Source: Zancudomyces culisetae HAW-14-8
Taxonomy: Eukaryota > Fungi > Kickxellomycota
Reading direction: 5' to 3'
Assembly (NCBI GenBank): GCA_052426225.1
Contig: JBNJNM010000011.1
Coordinates: 4,340,001 to 4,404,000, forward strand
DNA length: 64,000 nt
Shown here: positions 20,900-33,839 of the stretch, piece after piece
How the letters are laid out: the number at the start of each line of letters is the position of its first letter
Numbering within the stretch: the stretch's first letter is position 1
Translations under genes and position numbers: made by a program
Notes under the pieces: generated by a model
Told to the model about the DNA's origin: nothing
Seen by the model: only the letters and a program-made list of their open reading frames with translations
The model's database searches: none

Positions 20900-22354
20900 A
20901 TGACTGATAGAGAAAAGACGGGTGGTTCCGTTGATATCACCAGTAAGGATGATAATGTAAACAGAAGTTTTGTCCTGACTAATGATGAGCAATACATTCT
21001 GAAAAGAGCGCTCAAAAAAGTCGATTTAAGAGTATTCCCAATTATGTACTGTCTATATCTAGCTGGTGCTATGGATAGAGGAAATGTTGGGGCTGCATTA
21101 ATCAATGGAATGAGAACAGGTCTGAATCTTACGTCGGTTCAAGAAGGTAGCATAAACTCGTTGTTTTTTATTACATACGTAGCTATGGAGCCATTTGCAA
21201 ACGTCCTTCTCAAAAAACTCAGGCCCTCTATCTGGTTTCCATTTATTGGAATCGGTTGGTCAGTGACTTGTATGTGCATGGCAGCTGCAAAGAATGCAAC
21301 ACATGCTATTATTATCAGACTTATACTAGGTGCTTTCGAAGCTGGATTTACGCCGGGTCTTATTACATACATGGGATACTGGTACACACGAGAAGAGCTG
21401 GGACCTAGAATGTCAGTTATGTTTTCAGCTCTTCCTGCTGCTGGTATAGTCAATTTATTGTATGGGGCTATTATCTTGATCAAGATTGGAAATTTGCAAC
21501 CCTATCAAGTCATATTTGTATTTGGGGGGTTAATAACACTCATTATAGGTATAATCTCAATATTGGTTATAAAGGATTATCCCGAAACAGCAAAATTTTT
21601 GACACCTAGGGAAAGAGATATTGTTGTGAAGAGGTTGATTTCGAGTCAAGGAAGTGCGCAAAAGGCGGTTATCACGCTAAAAACAATTATTTCCACCATC
21701 ATGGATTGGAAAGTATGGGCAATCTGTATTATAGGTATTTCAAAAAACAACACGTTGGTTATAATTGGATTTATCGGGCCAACCATTATAAAATCTCTTG
21801 GGTTTTCTAGTTCAGCATCAACGTTCTTAGCCAGCGGTCCTGCAATAGTTGGAACCATTAGTTCATTGCTGTGTGCGTTTCTAATCGCAAAATATCCTTA
21901 TTGGATAAGACTTGTTATTTTTGATACAATATCAGTTGTTTGCCTTTTGATAATTGCATATACCAAAGACAAAATACTGAGGCTCACATTTATTTTTATA
22001 CTTGGGGTTTCAATGTTTTCTGTCGTTCCAATCGGTATGAGCTGGATGTCGGTAAATTCAGGCAGCACTCAAAAACGAGCCATCAAGTCAGCGTTTTATG
22101 TTATGACTGGCTCCCTAGCTGGAATTTTAACTCCATATCTTTTTACTCCAGCTTCAGCACCCAAATATATAGCTGGGTATGCTTTAACCTTTAGTTTATA
22201 TGCCTGCTCCATTATACTGACCATTATTTTGAGAATGTATCTAGATCGCGAAAACAAAAATAGGGATAAAAATCCTAAAGATGTATCTCATTTGTCTACA
22301 GAGGAGCAAAGAGACCTTCATGACTTTCATCCGGATTTTAGATATATCTTGTAG
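20900..22354 (+). CDS. MFS transporter, anion:cation symporter (Dal5/Tna1-like)
   Basis: K.DLRVFP, DRGNVGAA, RLILGAFEAGF.PG, WYTREE..R, P.TAKFLT..E, APKY, C-terminal HPDFRY. Confidence 0.9.
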   Translation: MTDREKTGGSVDITSKDDNVNRSFVLTNDEQYILKRALKKVDLRVFPIMYCLYLAGAMDRGNVGAALINGMRTGLNLTSVQEGSINSLFFITYVAMEPFANVLLKKLRPSIWFPFIGIGWSVTCMCMAAAKNATHAIIIRLILGAFEAGFTPGLITYMGYWYTREELGPRMSVMFSALPAAGIVNLLYGAIILIKIGNLQPYQVIFVFGGLITLIIGIISILVIKDYPETAKFLTPRERDIVVKRLISSQGSAQKAVITLKTIISTIMDWKVWAICIIGISKNNTLVIIGFIGPTIIKSLGFSSSASTFLASGPAIVGTISSLLCAFLIAKYPYWIRLVIFDTISVVCLLIIAYTKDKILRLTFIFILGVSMFSVVPIGMSWMSVNSGSTQKRAIKSAFYVMTGSLAGILTPYLFTPASAPKYIAGYALTFSLYACSIILTIILRMYLDRENKNRDKNPKDVSHLSTEEQRDLHDFHPDFRYIL

Positions 22355-22377
22355 ATTTATCGCTTTTATTTTTATTT

Positions 22378-22409
22378 TTATTGTTATTGTTATTGTTATT
22401 GTTATTGTT
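22378..22409. repeat. (TTATTG)n microsatellite
   Basis: direct reading. Confidence 0.8.
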
Positions 22410-23839
22410 TTATATTTAAAAAAGGGTCTGTGCTAGCAAATAAAATCGCAACATATACCACCCTCTCCCTCTTTAATACGTTTGATTATTAATCACAATT
22501 TTAGTAAACACAGTATTAGTATAATGTATTGTTTCGAGCATAGTAGCATTTATTAATTAGGTGAGAACATAACTCTATTGAGCGTAGAGTGGGTTCAATA
22601 AAAATATACTATCAGTACATTCCAAAGCCAAAACTTGGCCTTTTAGATGTAAATCTTGGTATAATGATATTCTGGAATTCGCAACCAATTTTCTTTTTTC
22701 TGATAACATGGGTATTGAGTATATATGTTAAACACAAATCTTACTCTGTTATACTGCTTACAGAATCATTTATTTACTATTTACTTTTAATCCTACAAGG
22801 TCTATTCACCCACTAAATGTGCGTACACTCGCTATTACTATCTCTACTCATTCTATAAAAAATAACTTGATTATAAGTCTTTAAAGTATACTGTCAATGA
22901 AGTGTTATTTCTCAAATACTAAATGAAGCTTGATGGCATTGATAAAAACAAGACCCAACTCATATCAGAGTGATCTTGAAATATGAAATACGTACTTTTA
23001 GTTATGTGAACAGAGTATTAACATGAGACTCACGTAGTTTACACTAGTACATACATCAGTATATTTTTTGAGTATAAGTGCACCATATACTCTCATCTGA
23101 TGCAAATCTGCAGTTGCATAAGGAACTGTATTTTCAACAAACAAGTTGTTCCAATAATATCTTTTTTACAGTTTATTCTTTCAACAAGCATGCCTTTAAA
23201 ATGTTGCCATACCTTTCATCTCAAATAAAAAGAAAAAGTTTAATTCCTAAACAATCTAGATTTTTTCACAAGGGTGTTGATATACCGAGAAAGAGAAGTA
23301 AATTGTAATAAATGGTAGTGAATACCAATTCTAGTCATCCTTTAGAAAGTTTTAATAATAAGCAAAAGATGGTAAAAGAATCAACAAATCGTTGCAGGTA
23401 TTGGGGGAGGGGGGGAGAGATGAAATAGGAATGATAGGATGACATGCGGACATGAGAGTTCAGGGTTAATCCAAAAGTTTCCTTTTTAAACAGTTTAGAG
23501 TCTGTGGCAAACAACAAACTTTATCACCACACGTTCCAGCTTTAAGAAACTGCACTGAGTATTATCAATGCAAGAGCAGGTAATCACCATGCTGTGTAAC
23601 TTTTTTATTATAACTTTTCAAAATTCTAGTAAATGTAATACATTCCATCACTTTTTTTTGGAATTTAGAGGAGCCGTTATGTAATAATATCAAAAGATGT
23701 GCAACAAAAATAAAATAATATATCAAGTAAATTCAAATGGTTAAAGCTTTTATCCCTTCTAATATATTCTAAACAAAAAACTTTTACTATGGATCTCCCG
23801 AAGCTGTTTAATGGTACTTTGTGGATACAGTGGAATAAG

Positions 23840-24955
23840 TTAGGCTTCATCAAGTTCTCTCAGAAACACAGCGTTAGGATCTTGTCTATAGGCTGAGTAC
23901 CTTTGCTCTGTATTTGGTGGTACACCACTCGGCTATTAAGTAAGTTAAAAAGTTAGCTTTGCTGAATAGATAACATGTTAAAAATGCTAGTAATAATTTG
24001 TATTAAGAATGTTTTACAAACAAATAAAAATACTTACGAAGCGGATTTGGTTGTAGTTATTAGAGGCATTAAACTCGGGGTATTCAGAATAATCAAATGG
24101 TTTTTCTTCGAGTCGCTTTGCGCGAGCCCTCTTATACAGATACCAGGCACCGAGTATCACAAGAATAACTGCGAGCGAGGAAAATACTGCGATTAGTGCG
24201 ATTGCTGTTGTGCTTAGCTTTCCATCTGAACTGGATGAAGATCCGGAAGAAGTTTTGCTAGTAGCTTTCGATTTCGTACTGCTTGGTGAGGCGCTAACTA
24301 TCTGTGTCGAGGTAATAGTTGTGACAGACCCATTTTCATTTGTTGAGGTAGATAGCACTTCGGTTTCAGACTGTGTTGGTGGAGGTGTTGTTTTATCCTC
24401 TGGTGTTGTAGGATCTGGTGATGTTGGAGGATTTTCAGTTGTTGGAGAGGGTTGTGCGGTAGTTGGAGAGGTGGGAGGTGGCTGTTGTGTTGTTGGTGTT
24501 GGTGTTGTGGGTGTTGGTGTTGTGGGTGTTGTTGGAGGGGGTGGTTGTTCTGTAGTTACTGGAGGTGGTTGATTAGTTGTTGAAGGGGGTGGTTGCTCTG
24601 TAGTTACTGGAGGTGGTTGTGTGGTTGTTGGAGGGGGTGGTTGCTCTGTAGTTGCAGGGGGTGGTTGTTCTGTAGTTGTTGGAGGGGGTGGTTGTTCTGT
24701 AGTTGGAGGGGGTGGTTGTTCTGTAGTTGCGGGGGGTGGTTGTTCTGTAGTTGCAGGTGGTTGTTGTGGGGTTGTTGCAGGGGGCGGTTCCTCTGTAGCT
24801 GCCACAGGTGGCTGTTCTGTAGCTTCTGGAGTAAGTAAACCTGAATCATTTGGTAGTGCGGGACCGCTTGATCCGCCATCGCTCTGCGCCTCTGCAATTA
24901 GGCCGAATGCCAATATTAATAACACCCCTAATCGTTCCCAATATTTCGACCTCAT
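23840..24955 (-). CDS. type-I membrane protein with Pro/Thr-rich repetitive ectodomain (Mid2/Wsc-like architecture), intron 23933-24037
   Basis: Signal peptide, TTEQPPP repeats, S/T stalk, one TM (AIALIAVFSSLAVILVILGAWYLY), KRARAKR; spliced tail PSGVPPNTEQRYSAYRQDPNAVFLRELDEA*. Confidence 0.85.
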
Positions 24956-26949
24956 TGGAAGTTCTCGTTGGAATTGTTGAGGAAATTGTGTTTTTTTTTG
25001 AAATTTCTCGCGTATTTCTTTTGTATACTATAAAAAGTTTAATGGGCAACAAACAGCCTCACAGTTATAATCAATTCCAAGCTTTTTCTAGCCCAAGAAG
25101 TAAGGTTTTTTTTCTTTTTTAAAAAAGATAGTGAAGATGAATTGGATGCTATTAATTGTTTTTGTGTTAGGGCTCTAATCATTTCGTTGGGGGGGGGGAA
25201 GAGAAGTGTTCTTTTACTTTATTCAAGTTAAAGTGCAGTAATAGAACGAGAATAGTCAAATAACGTCATTTTAAATTGCCAAAAACAAAAGGATTTGTTG
25301 TGGATTACATAATAATCAGGTTTACTTTTTAGTAGGTAATCCCAATTGCGAAGTTGCAAATTAGTAATGGCTTTTTTTAACCATGAATCTGATGCTGTTT
25401 TCTATTTAGGCACTTTCAAAAAAGAACATATTTAAACGCACGTATGTGAATAAACAAAGGCATTTCACTGATTTTTTTACATCTTAACATTTCACCGATA
25501 CAAACGAAGCACCTGTTAGTTACATATTCAGTAAATTTGGCCAATTGTTTATTAAAATAATTACGTACCACAAATAGGATCAACAGAAAAACATACGGGT
25601 TCTCAAAACAATAGGTAATTTTTAACTATAATCAAAATAACAAGCGAATGGCGGAAAAATACTAAATACACAGATATTCAAAAAGTTGGGCAAAACATCT
25701 AGCAAAATGGTTGGATTGTAGAACATTGAGTTTTGTCAATTAGGGTGAAAGTTTTTTTTGAAAAAGCCAAAGATGTAGGGTATTTGAGTATTTATTTTGG
25801 ATAGTAATAAAAATATGTTGGTAGTAAAATGCCCACAAACGTAAAGCAAATATCCATAACAACCTTTGGATGGATATTTATTGATGTCAACATACTTTAG
25901 GTGCTTTCTCATCTACACTATTTTTAAAGTTGGTGTTTTGAGGTAAAAGCGGCACAAACTTTTTGAAAGCTGGTCAGTCCAGCTAGCCGATATTAATAAG
26001 TGTACGTTGGGCTAGTATCCTGTGTTTAACTAAAATACAAGGGTGAAGGATGTGGATGGTTTAGAGTGCTGTTTATTGGTTTGCATAGTACCAGGTTTAA
26101 GTTGTATTGCAAAAGAGGCAAAGCCACAACGAATCCTTAAAAATGCTTGTATATAATAATAGTAGTGTGGTATATAATCTATACCTTTCTATATGATTGG
26201 TATATATGTGTGTGTAGTTATTTGACACTAACACGCGTGCTTACAGATATTGGGCCAGGGAGTGTATTGTGTATGTTCAAACATTTGCAAGGCATGGTGA
26301 TTCAAATGGTAACTTACGCCCACTAGTAATGGCTAAGGAATTTGACATTTCTCAAAATCTAATTACGCTTACCCCCAAGGACTTACTCGCACTAAGAAAT
26401 ACACATGAAGTTATGAACTATAATAAGTACAGCCTTTTCAGTATAAAAATAACATGAAGGGCCTGGCTGTTCAGTTCACATATGTGTTAATGCAGCTAGA
26501 GAATCAGAGTGCTTGATAAATTCAATCTTTTTGTGGGAAATAATGTATAAATCCTTCTAAATCGGCACATGTCTGCTTAGTTATTTTATCAAGCTGAAAA
26601 AATATGTGATGAGGGTGTAGATTGGTATATGTTCAGTTTAGCCATCCTGGTAATTAGAATTACAAATTCAAGTCAAAAAAAATATCTAAATACCTGTGGA
26701 TAATATGGAATGAGGCCAAAAAGTGAGCATAAACGAATCAAAGTGAAAAGGATTCAGGGCGAGAAATAAAATGTTGACAGCGTGAATAGAGGTTTCACGC
26801 TAAATACATATGCTTCGAAGAAAATTACAAGAAATTACTAATATGTCTATCTACAAACTAAACATAAGCGTTATGATTAGATATGGTCCTAAATTACAAA
26901 TAATTGCATTTGATAGGTAAAAAAATAATAGTGATATAAGGGCGAAAAA

Positions 26950-27000
26950 GGAGAAAGAGAGAAAAGAGAGAAAAGAGAGAAAAGAGAGAAAAGAGAGAGA
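26950..27000. repeat. (GAAAAGAGA)n purine minisatellite
   Basis: direct reading. Confidence 0.8.
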
Positions 27001-28236
27001 AGGAAAGAAAGGGAAAGGAAAAGCTCTACGCTAGTCAAGTACTCGTATTACCACTAGAGCAATATATGCTGAGAACGGACCCCGTTCATTGTTCAATATC
27101 TCTTGTAGTTAACTCTTTTAGGAAATCTTAACATGTTAAAAACCCTGGAACCTAGCATTAGTAATACATGGTTTTCTCATCACAATAACAGGGTTTTTAA
27201 AGGTTGAAGTACAGCAAGAGTGCATTGGTATCCTTTTAATTGAAGAGGGATAATATTTAGAGCGAGTAGGAACCATCTATTAAATCACCAAGTGGGTGGG
27301 GGAGACAAAGATGATGAAACTCTTTCGAAAGTTTTGCAAAACAAAAAAAAAACGAGGGTGGTATGACTTTGTATATTTTCTACTATGGTTGACGAATGAA
27401 ATTACCCCTCGTTACACTTTGATTGACATGCACAAATAAGGCTAAATGTTTGTTGCCTGACCAATGATGGTTACAAAAGTAATTTATTTGTCAAGATTAG
27501 TGGATTAAATTACGCGATCCAAACTTGATGTATTTAGTTGTAAGAGGTATTGGCTAAGCAAGTTGTATTTCACGCATTTGCAATAAATTCAACGTGGTTT
27601 TGTAATAGAGATAGCTGGTTTCGAAAAGAAAGTTGGACAGGGAAAAAAAATGCAGTGGTAAAGGTCGGCGATGTAACCAAAATAGCCAATGAATGTTAGT
27701 TCGATCCAAATCCATCTTTTGTTTGTATGCCCCTTTTCAAATAATATTTGGCCCTAAACAAAGCTTTATGGGATCGGTATGCTTCAGTGGTCATGTTTGT
27801 ATCATTAAATCGAGGACTGATTGTGAAAATTATCCCTGTTTCAAGTTAATTAATAATGCTAATAAGTGGTCGAAATTTTTCATTTGGCTAATCTACCAAT
27901 GGATTTTGGCGGACTAAAAAAGACGTATATGGATCTCCTCAGTAAATTCACCTTATACACGAAAAAAACACTAAACGGGAAAAAGCCGTCACTTATCACC
28001 AGCCTTTAGTAAACTGAGGTTGGAAAAACAAAGAAAGAAAAGAAGCCACTGCCGCCACAATCGCAACCACAACCACAACAAAAACACACACACACACATG
28101 CATGCACAAAAAAATGAAGGATGGAAAGCTCAAGCAAAAAAAAAAGTATATATAGGATAACCAAAGATATGTCAATGGGAGAACCCAACTTCTTTAATTT
28201 TGATATCTACTAATAGCGCAACTTTCTTTTCAGAAA

Positions 28237-30348
28237 ATGAAGTTGAATTTCGTGTCAACACTGCTGCTCTGTGCAGTAGCAAATGCAGGACAATTTGATG
28301 CTCCACCAGCTGATCTTCCAGACTGGAGCAAAACGCAACAATTCACACCCGATCACCTCGTAGCAGTTAAGCGCCTTGATGCATTGGCAGTTTCACCAGA
28401 CAACAAATATGCCGCATATACTCAGTGGATGTTTAATAGAACTAGCAACAAAGTTGGAAGAAACATCAGGCTTATGAGTCTCAGCGGAGACTACCCAGCA
28501 TCTGACCTGACTACCTTTGCCTTCGGTACATCTGATACAAGTCCAGTTTGGCTAGATGAAAACACTGTTGCATTCACCGCTGTCCGTGGATCTCCAGCTT
28601 CAAATATATTTACTGTTTCCCTGACTGACAAGAAGATCAGCCAAGTGTCAAACTATACTAACAGTGTAAGCAGTCTAGTGTATAGCGCAGCAGCAAAAAG
28701 AATTGCGTTTATCTCAGATGTTTACAAAGGTTTGGGTGTAGATGAATCTGCTGAAAAAGCAGAAGAAGAGAGCAACCTACCATACAGTGGTGTAGTCTAT
28801 GATCATTTGTTTGTCCGCCACTGGGATACATATATTGGCAAAACAAGAGCCCAACTATTTACAGTTCCAATTGATGTCGTTGATGGTAAATACTCGGTTA
28901 CCGGAAAACCAGTAAATCTTGTTGAGAAGTACGATGGCGCATGGGGACTGGAACCAAATACTGTTGTATTCTCTCCAGATGGTAAGAACGTTGCGTTTGA
29001 CGCCAAGATCCCAGGAAGAGAAGAGGCATGGTCTACAAAGGCAGACATTTTTGTGGTTCCATCAGATGGCTCACAGGCTCCGGTAAGTTTGACTCCACAG
29101 AATCCAGGTGCCTGCTCAGCACCAGCATATTCACCAGACGGCACACGCCTAGCATGGTTGCAAATGGTTACACCAGGATATGAATCTGACAGAAACAGAG
29201 TTATGATATATGACACAAAAGCCAACCAAGTCTCTGAACTCGATATGGGATGGACATACAGCCCATCATCTGTTGCTTTCTCACAAGATAACAAGTCATT
29301 GTTTCACATTACAAACTACAGTGTTGATGATGCGCTTTTTAAGTATGACTTTGACACCAGAGCAAATACACAATTGACACAAGGAAGTTCTGTTTACATG
29401 ATGTCACAAATCAGCTCAAACAACATCATATTATTTGCAAACTCTCTGAGCTATCCAAACACATTGTTCAACCTCAATATTTCTAGCAAAGCCATGCAAA
29501 AGATCTCCACAGAAAACGATGCTTTGTTGGATCCATTGTATCTATCAAACGCATACACATTCAAATTCAAGGGTAGTCTTGACGAAGACGTCGAGGGCAT
29601 GATGATGTATCCATTCGGATATGACCCAACAAAGAAGTATCCAGTAGCATTCCTCATTCACGGTGGTCCCCAATCCTCATGGGTCAGAGGGTGGAGCTAC
29701 CGATGGAACCCAAATGTACATTCTAACCAGGGCTTCTTTGTAGTGGTCATCAACTTCCATGGCAGTACCGGATACGGACAAGCCTTTGTTGATTCAATTG
29801 CACGTAACTGGGGATCACACCCATACTTTGATCTAATGAAGGGTTTGGATTACTTCCTTGAGCAAGCTTGCGGTGCTGACCAAGACAGACAAGTTGCTTT
29901 GGGTGCATCATACGGTGGATATATGATCAATTGGATTCATGGACATACTGACCGCTTCAAGGCACTTGTGAATCACGATGGTACCTTCAGTACTGTTTCA
30001 TCATATTATTCTACTGAGGAGTTATACTTTATGGAGCACGACCTTGGAACTCCATGGATCCCCGAGGAAAGAGCACAAATGGAACAGTACAACCCTGAAC
30101 ATTATGTAACCAACTGGAAAACACCTACACTGGTAGTTCACTCTGAATTGGATTACCGTCTTCCAATCACTGAAGGATTGTCAACCTTCACTGCATTGCA
30201 GAGACAAGGAGTTCCATCCAAGTTGTTGTACTTCCCTGATGAGAACCATTGGGTACTTCAGCCATTCAACTCGTTGAAATGGCACAACGAGGTTATCGGA
30301 TGGATAGGCAAGTACACAAACACCACTGTCTGGCAATTGACTCTTTAA
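28237..30348 (+). CDS. DPP5: secreted dipeptidyl-peptidase V (S9 family)
   Basis: Signal peptide, LFVRHWD, IHGGPQ, W.YRWN, GSTGYGQ, nucleophile GASYGG, DYRLP, FPDENHWV. Confidence 0.93.
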   Translation: MKLNFVSTLLLCAVANAGQFDAPPADLPDWSKTQQFTPDHLVAVKRLDALAVSPDNKYAAYTQWMFNRTSNKVGRNIRLMSLSGDYPASDLTTFAFGTSDTSPVWLDENTVAFTAVRGSPASNIFTVSLTDKKISQVSNYTNSVSSLVYSAAAKRIAFISDVYKGLGVDESAEKAEEESNLPYSGVVYDHLFVRHWDTYIGKTRAQLFTVPIDVVDGKYSVTGKPVNLVEKYDGAWGLEPNTVVFSPDGKNVAFDAKIPGREEAWSTKADIFVVPSDGSQAPVSLTPQNPGACSAPAYSPDGTRLAWLQMVTPGYESDRNRVMIYDTKANQVSELDMGWTYSPSSVAFSQDNKSLFHITNYSVDDALFKYDFDTRANTQLTQGSSVYMMSQISSNNIILFANSLSYPNTLFNLNISSKAMQKISTENDALLDPLYLSNAYTFKFKGSLDEDVEGMMMYPFGYDPTKKYPVAFLIHGGPQSSWVRGWSYRWNPNVHSNQGFFVVVINFHGSTGYGQAFVDSIARNWGSHPYFDLMKGLDYFLEQACGADQDRQVALGASYGGYMINWIHGHTDRFKALVNHDGTFSTVSSYYSTEELYFMEHDLGTPWIPEERAQMEQYNPEHYVTNWKTPTLVVHSELDYRLPITEGLSTFTALQRQGVPSKLLYFPDENHWVLQPFNSLKWHNEVIGWIGKYTNTTVWQLTL

Positions 30349-31001
30349 TTTAACTGTTGTTTTCCACTTTCTTCCAGTATTAGAGTTTTAATTTTCAATA
30401 AACAGATTATGCAACATTATCATGTCCATCACCATTTTTTTGCTTTAAAATTATTTTTTTTGAATCGGAGATTAAAGTAAAAAAAGTGATAGTTTATTGC
30501 CAATTGATGGAGGCTATTTCGACGAAAGGTGGGGAAAGTCTTGAAGCGTGACTACCAGTGCTACGGGAAAAGAACAGTGTGATAAAAAGCGCCACTTCCT
30601 ATAAGTCTTCACGTTTCATCACCATTCTTCTCACTTCATTCTCTTCCCCCCTTCACTTTTAAATGCTTATTTCGACTATCTCAATATTTATTTATTTTTT
30701 AGTTAGTTATTGTAAAGTCAATTGTGAACCACTTGGAAGAAAATAACAATCAATAGACATTTAGTCCGGGGAGGAGGGAGGCCTTAGCTTTATTAAAACG
30801 GCAACCCACGCTCTTTCTTTGGTTTATTAGCCACACATAAAGAGCGAAAAGAAAATAATTTTAACTACTTTATTTTATGGTCGTCTTTTAGCCCTTTCTG
30901 TCGTTATCCGAATTTGCATTTTGTACATATTTAATAATTTGTAGTATACAAATAATAATCTTATTGCTGTAAATAAATCGAAAAGAAAAGATGTGTATTC
31001 T

Positions 31002-32781
31002 ATGACAATGGAAGAACAAACGGACTCTCAGAATTCTGGGACACAACACACAAGATGGTTAGCGATAGTAGGGAGCATTCTTGTTCCAATCAACATTTTG
31101 GGCTTTGTGATTACATTTAGTGGAACTAAGGGTTCTAATGATGATTTAGGATGTAAGAAATATGCAACATCCCCTCAGTATATATGTTTACGCCTCAAAG
31201 ATGGGAATATGTAATCTAACCATTAACAACTACAAATTATTTTTATTTTGATAGTTTTGCCAACACGTAAGAGCTCACTTTTTTTCTCTATTATACTTTT
31301 GTCTATCTTTGTCAAATATGAGCCAAAAAGAAATATGGCTCAACACATGAGAATTTGTGCACTAAATGGCAAATACGAATTTACTGAATACTTCTCCCAG
31401 CGGCTATTTCACTCAGGATAGTATTGTTTTCGTTTGTGTTCATCTCATTGATAACATCGGCTTTTCGAATAATGGAGTACAGGCTAATACTAACTACGAC
31501 ATTAACTATATTAACAAGCATGATTGAAGGTAAATCGATTATCGTCTAAAAAATCTAACCCGAGTACTTGTTTTTGAAATAAAGAGCCAGGCGGAGTAGG
31601 GTGCGAAGGAAAAAACTCATAGTAGTTCTCATAAACAATCATAATATCATAGGAGTATATGGGCTGGTCTTGATTGTAGTGCATTATAAAGATTTAAAGG
31701 CTTCAAGCAGTATGAAGGGGACAGCCGCGGCGGTAGTAATAATTAATTTTGTCTTATCAATTATGGTAGCCATATTTTTCATTATGGATGCATACATCTC
31801 ACGAAAGCACAAGGGTAGGCTATCAATAAATATATATCACATATTTTGTGAGATACACTACATATCGATACCGTTTAAATGCTAGATGTATGTGAATATA
31901 AAAAAAATGTAGGAAGTGGCATCCCGTACATCTTTAAGCAATGGTTCATCAACATGTACATATTTTATGTGTGGGTAATGATCGGTGGTTTGCTATTCTG
32001 GGCGCTAGAGGGTCAACCACTTTATATTGGAGTATATTTCTCATTTGTGACTGCTGCAACGGTTGGATATGGGGACTATGTGCCGACATCATCAGCTTCG
32101 CGGACGGTATTTATGGTATGGACGATGGTGGCTCTGGTGTTATTAGCCAGCTATCTTATCTATTCCAACAGAATTGGCACTGTTTTTATAGAGATTGCAC
32201 GAGAGAAAAGGATTAAAAGGATGCTCAGACAAAAAGAAAAGGTCTTGGCCATGTCCGAGGAGGAGAAAGATATATTTTTGAGACAGTGGAAAAAGAGAAG
32301 GCATCTTGGTTTTGGTTATTTCACAGAAAAATTAAAGACATATAAAATTGCCAATACACGATCGCAACCTTGGGAGTTTAGTTCTTTTGAGGCACAGATG
32401 GACAAATACACACATTCTGTCGACAAGAAGGTGTCAAGTCTACGGAGGCGTGAGGCTGAGGTCACTTTTAAGACATTTATTCTTATTGTCCTTATTGTGA
32501 TCTCATTTTGGACCATGTCTGCATACTTCTACAGTGTCTTTGAACATGACACGGACAACTATTTTCTGTACTTTTGGGTTTATTTTATTACATTTACAAC
32601 AATTGGGTATGGTGATACAACACTCAGCTCTAAGGCGTCGATTTTCTTTCTCTGTACTACAGGAATGTTTTCACTTACCACAGTTGGTGCTTTAATTGCC
32701 ACAATGACCGAAAGTTTTCAGCGGTTCCTATGCAATAGAGTGCTACCTCGTAGACTTTATGATGATACTTATACAGCTTAG
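31002..32781 (+). CDS. TOK1: TOK-type two-pore K+ channel, 5 exons
   Basis: Two pore loops (TVGYGD, TIGYGD); about four extra N-terminal TM segments recovered by splicing 31002-31152, 31255-31266, 31401-~31529, 31654-~31814, ~31913-32781. Confidence 0.85.
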
Positions 32782-33839
32782 ATTTTATTTTATTTTTTAT
32801 ATGAATACATGTATATTATCTATTTATTGATTTCTTTTTATGATACAAAATTTGCCTATTCACTGCAATCCCAAAGGTCTTTTGTTTGGGCTTGTTATAA
32901 GCCAGATGGATGCTTGGAATAGAATCCATCTCTAGAAAACACCCTTTATGCACGTAAATGAACAAAAAATGTTGTGCTGTGAAATAGTAAACCTTTCATT
33001 TTGGAGAGTAAACGATGATCATAATGATGGTGTTGGTGTGTCATAGAGCTGACTGACTTGGTAAGCCTGGAAAAGTTTTTGTAATGTGCGATTTAAAGTG
33101 TTGTAAAATATAGCACAAAAGTATTCCCATCTTCTCTACAAGAAAAGTGCCAGCCAAAGCGAGCAAAAAAAGAGAAGGAAACCAGGGATTACATAACATT
33201 GTTGTGGGATAGATAATCGAATTCGCATTTGTGATTTTGGATTGTATTTTATCCGTTAATTAATAACCAGTAAATAATTTAATTGACCTTTAATAATAAA
33301 ATTCATATATTGTCCCAGCAATAGCATCATATTTATCCAAAATAAGCACACAATTAATATAATCAATTGCAACTAAATTCTATTAAAAGCCCATGCAAAA
33401 TCATGAATATTATAATATTAAAAAATTCACAGATTCCAAGCTATAAAAAAACCATATTATTCGCAGACCTAAGTAAAGTTGAAGCTCACTGTCATTATAG
33501 TGTAACGTGAGTTTTTTAAAAAAGAAAATTAATCTAATAATTGTAAACACAAAAAAAAAAGTTTTGGAATTGGGTTGTTACAATTTGAGCTTGTAGTCCA
33601 AGAAAGAACAATGTGAACCAGTCAAAATGAACCCTTTACCTGTAGCTTTTTTTCACTTCAAAATTAAAAAGCGTAACAAAAAAAAGACAAACCTGGAATT
33701 ATCAGAAGAAATGGACAAACTGAAAGAGCTCAAGAAATGTAGAACATGAATGACTTTGAAAGCAATGACAGAAAAAATCTATAGTTTAAAGTGAAATGGA
33801 ATACACATAAAAATACAATGCAAAGAGTAAAAGCAGTAA

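Noticed and set aside
24210-24980. Plus-strand Gly/Val/Cys-rich ORFs, and similar antisense ORFs over other genes
   Set aside because: Shadows of repetitive or biased coding sequence on the opposite strand
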